DNA of 64,000 nucleotides from NCBI RefSeq assembly GCF_054482595.1, contig NZ_CM137008.1; one strand, 5' to 3'. Shown piece by piece: positions 63,986 to 64,000 of this stretch (position 1 is its first letter; each line of letters starts with the position of its first letter). The notes under the pieces were generated by a model. It saw only the letters and a program-made list of their open reading frames with translations, ran no database searches and was not told where the DNA came from. The position numbers and the translations under genes were made by a program.

Positions 63986-64000
63986 TTATCTTTTTGATTT

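Overview
This window reads as a contiguous stretch of Escherichia coli core chromosome, syntenic with the K-12 region from pspA to ydbD (roughly 29-32 min) but in reverse orientation. Gene calls rest on recognising the translated ORFs and their motifs from memory; no database search was run. Gene content in window order: ydbD (5' part, runs off the window), ydbC, an intact giant autotransporter ydbA, ydbL-ynbE-ydbH, ldhA, hslJ, ydbJ, pfo (ydbK), the sRNA MicC, ompN, uspF, ttcA, dbpA, the sRNA FnrS, zntB, dgcM, smrA, the sRNA McaS, abgR-abgABT, ogt, fnr, uspE, ynaJ, ynaI, mppA, pgrR, ycjY plus a second hydrolase paralog plus an NAD(P)-binding protein, mpaA, ycjG, tpx, tyrR, ycjF-ycjX, ycjW, ompG, ycjV-ycjM, pspEDCBA. 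I found no integrase, transposase, CRISPR array, tRNA or rRNA, and no obviously foreign island or defence system. What distinguishes the window from K-12 is mostly absence: no Rac prophage at ttcA, no fea-tynA-paa cluster between ydbL and ydbA, no IS5 between ynaJ and ynaI, no IS2/IS30 in ydbA, and intact versions of genes that are decayed in K-12 (ycjV, ymjC, ymjD). The best candidates for under-described biology are: (1) the pgrR-linked murein-peptide cluster with two tandem Cys-type hydrolase paralogs and an NAD(P)-binding protein upstream of mpaA, plus a 36-bp motif shared by the mppA and mpaA upstream regions; (2) the overlapping ycjX-ycjF P-loop NTPase and membrane protein pair; (3) the intact autotransporter with an in-frame 30-bp tandem repeat array; (4) a 56-codon proline-rich ORF with a strong Shine-Dalgarno between fnrS and dbpA. 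All functional statements are from sequence and recalled family knowledge; coordinates of start codons were adjusted from the ORF track where the known protein length or an RBS supported it.
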